A stretch of DNA of 61,753 nucleotides, counting the filler, from Nemertoderma westbladi (Eukaryota; Animalia; Xenacoelomorpha): NCBI GenBank assembly GCA_032718475.1. It is 2 parts of 2 records of this genome, joined end to end, with 100 filler letters (N's around TTAATTAATTAA, not from the genome) between each part and the next. Parts side by side here need not be neighbours in the genome. Positions count along the whole stretch, not along the records: positions 31,562 to 61,753 come from JAUCBJ010009112.1; 1 more part is not named here. One strand, given 5' to 3'. Each line of letters opens with the position of its first letter. Position 1 is the first letter of the stretch. A program made the position numbers and the translations under genes. The notes below the pieces were generated by a model. It saw only the letters and a program-made list of their open reading frames with translations, had not been told where the DNA came from and ran no database searches. Of this stretch, positions 60,601 to 61,753 are shown one piece after another.

Positions 60601-61753
60601 TTTGGGATACACTAAACATCAGGTATGGTAATAGGAATAATATCGCTGGGTACTTGTATGCCAAGTTAGTAGCGCCCCGAAAGTTTATTAGTAGCGGAAT
60701 TATCGAGTTTTCCGATGAGATCCAGGAGATCTGCAGACAATTAGATTGGCTAGGTAAGTCTCATGAGTATCAGAACACTATGGTTATTAGAGCAGTGGCT
60801 TCTACTTTACCTAAAGGTGGAGTAGGTACACGCTGGGATAAGAAAGTGTTATATATGATGGAACAACAACGGCGAGACCCTGCCATGGCTGATCTCATGT
60901 CATTCCTAGATGGAGAAGTGAAATTACAGCTCCTGAAACTGTCTAGGGAGAAAACAACGGAAAACAAGGTAAGTGAAAAACCCGTCTCTAGGAGAAAAAT
61001 AACACCAGTATGTTATACCGATGACGGCGAAAGCCAGACTTCTCAAGGAGAAGATAGCGGGAAGGACACGGATAGATCTTATTATGTGAATAAAATGCCT
61101 AAAGATCAGGTAAGTAAATTTAAGTCTCGAACAAATGACAGGAGGGAACAGGTAAGAAAAACTCCTCCCACGTCTCCCAAGAGAATTCAGGTGAGAAAAC
61201 CCGAAGAAAGGGCAAGTGTACACAATGTGACTCAAAACAAGGTAAGTAACATCAAACCAAAATGTGCGCTGTGTGACGGGACCCACTATTTGAATAGGTG
61301 TGATGAATTTCTAAAGAAATCATTAACGGAGAGACGCGAAGTCATGTGGGATAAGCGGTTATGTTATAATTGCCTCAGACAAGGACACCAACGGCGAACC
61401 TGTTTCTCTGACATAAGGTGTGCAAAGTGTGGTGCGAAACATCATATCTTGTTGCACGCTGAATTCGATCGAAATAGTCCGAATCAGGTAAGTGACTCCG
61501 AGCTACATGTCCAATTCAGTGATGTGAACGACACTGATCAATCTGAGATGGAAGGATTCTATACAGACGAGTTCTCTGACGAAAACGAATCCTGTTACAT
61601 GATAAATACCGCAGTGTATCGAGCACTCACATATGAGAAAGATACAGAGAACGACTTTACTCTAACTACTTCTGAGCGACAACCATCTTGGAAAGAGCCA
61701 TCTTCCAATGTAGGGATCCGAGAGTTTCCTGTGGTGCAGGTAAGGGTTCACGG
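54622..61753 (+). mobile_element. BEL/Pao LTR retrotransposon copy B (5' LTR 54622-55803, PBS from 55812, 2.2-kb leader, polyprotein continuing beyond the window)
   Basis: The TG...CA LTR is defined by where homology with copy A starts. AATAAA lies near 55669 and a TGG-starting PBS follows the LTR. Gag domains are downstream. Confidence 0.9.
58011..61753 (+). CDS. BEL/Pao Gag(-Pol) polyprotein, open to the window end (>1240 aa; absent from the ORF track because there is no stop)
   Basis: In frame with ATG 58011: DUF1759-like IVKFNGDEMKWLPF...EKLRYLIECLEG (~60420) and three zinc knuckles CALCDGTHYLNRC, CYNCLRQGHQRRTC, CAKCGAKHHILLH (~61260-61460). Confidence 0.92.
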   Translation, partial: MSDTKQNLSDSLLDVTICDSDRDVQPSGRKSSSPPTVRKVIPPVVITEPRLVQHRRSIIGTRAQVKRDQKAAEQQQPASQELIPQRPSSSSSEDTVELTPERGAEMTDAVYTDPLLILPAAVLAELLIAVEEHQIDWARSQRSTRDSYAGYTSEELKSIVESQWNFPGPGLPFDLSEAAWEDIHRMGVAKETIDPAVWKRSAAGYAQGFFSSMERVERQLFQQPQGPQEQGSLLYQVRERVLRIRLILSAFEEASKRRQDTSLQVAVKTWFQRVNLQVQGTAQWKAQLEERSTHGESTDAIFSQVESEATAEKPHKRDAIDIYLSDYQRFLGDDELRRRLDGLSPNSEGTKLVLDAIDVEMRAANQAKFDEQLRLTRVQEEQVKKKRIEDRKAAAVAAAVAAAEAERKAAAAEAAAEAKAAEAVAEAKATVAAAVAAAEAERKVAAAEAAAEAKAAEAVAEAERRASEETTQLELENLQERQDNFNKQLTASNMQMMNRSTPKRQGYTSSEEGDTTDTEGKGNRSRLSRRKRTFHRQKLPDLPPAVRRQLSNTNLGSTEPTDQIIKIERLPTIVDEPEIIRPVLEITPSVIDTPVLPETTSKFPLHSTKLPVPRRTAQETVQVLDPERNIHNLSPVVPRPPATTLATPASAVEWVDERRRGMDILLGQMQETVQQFKGTVRESRLELQEVQQSIALERDKLVNTQRGIPPPSVTMCQPVRSEVSHAQGVEPTRIYTASEVETPIVNPIKGNYRPVDNDIPYRTDHNPRNLYTDNSILNSTMAQESFTRQMARTEARQAVKVGEIVKFNGDEMKWLPFNEYYKDNIQNSVLSNGEKLRYLIECLEGSPKLMALKFIGHPDGLRQVWDTLNIRYGNRNNIAGYLYAKLVAPRKFISSGIIEFSDEIQEICRQLDWLGKSHEYQNTMVIRAVASTLPKGGVGTRWDKKVLYMMEQQRRDPAMADLMSFLDGEVKLQLLKLSREKTTENKVSEKPVSRRKITPVCYTDDGESQTSQGEDSGKDTDRSYYVNKMPKDQVSKFKSRTNDRREQVRKTPPTSPKRIQVRKPEERASVHNVTQNKVSNIKPKCALCDGTHYLNRCDEFLKKSLTERREVMWDKRLCYNCLRQGHQRRTCFSDIRCAKCGAKHHILLHAEFDRNSPNQVSDSELHVQFSDVNDTDQSEMEGFYTDEFSDENESCYMINTAVYRALTYEKDTENDFTLTTSERQPSWKEPSSNVGIREFPVVQVRVH

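Overview
Repeat-dense animal genomic DNA (probably invertebrate; inferred from the element families and spliceosomal-type exons), with two 100-bp assembly gaps. The one clearly intact host gene is a single-exon heterotrimeric G-protein beta subunit (15227-16255, +). Its last ten codons (WDSLVKLWN*) are the first unit of a ~13.9-kb, ~460-copy 30-bp tandem array. A second array (51-bp unit, ~74 copies) appears to be seeded on an exon end and splice donor of a putative minus-strand gene. Bases 1-4498 look like the right arm of a Polinton/Maverick-type element: an ACTACT terminus, a subterminal stem-loop, AT-rich repeated blocks, a palindromic 22-bp satellite and an orphan 105-aa ORF with a compact promoter. 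The rest is nested mobile DNA. It includes a P-like foldback element, a MULE carrying several nested insertions (including an intact RTE reverse transcriptase), CR1-type and other LINEs, a Gypsy integrase fragment, a decayed BEL/Pao pol, and two oppositely oriented copies of a BEL/Pao element with a very long leader and Gag. All calls come from reading the sequence by eye; no searches were run.
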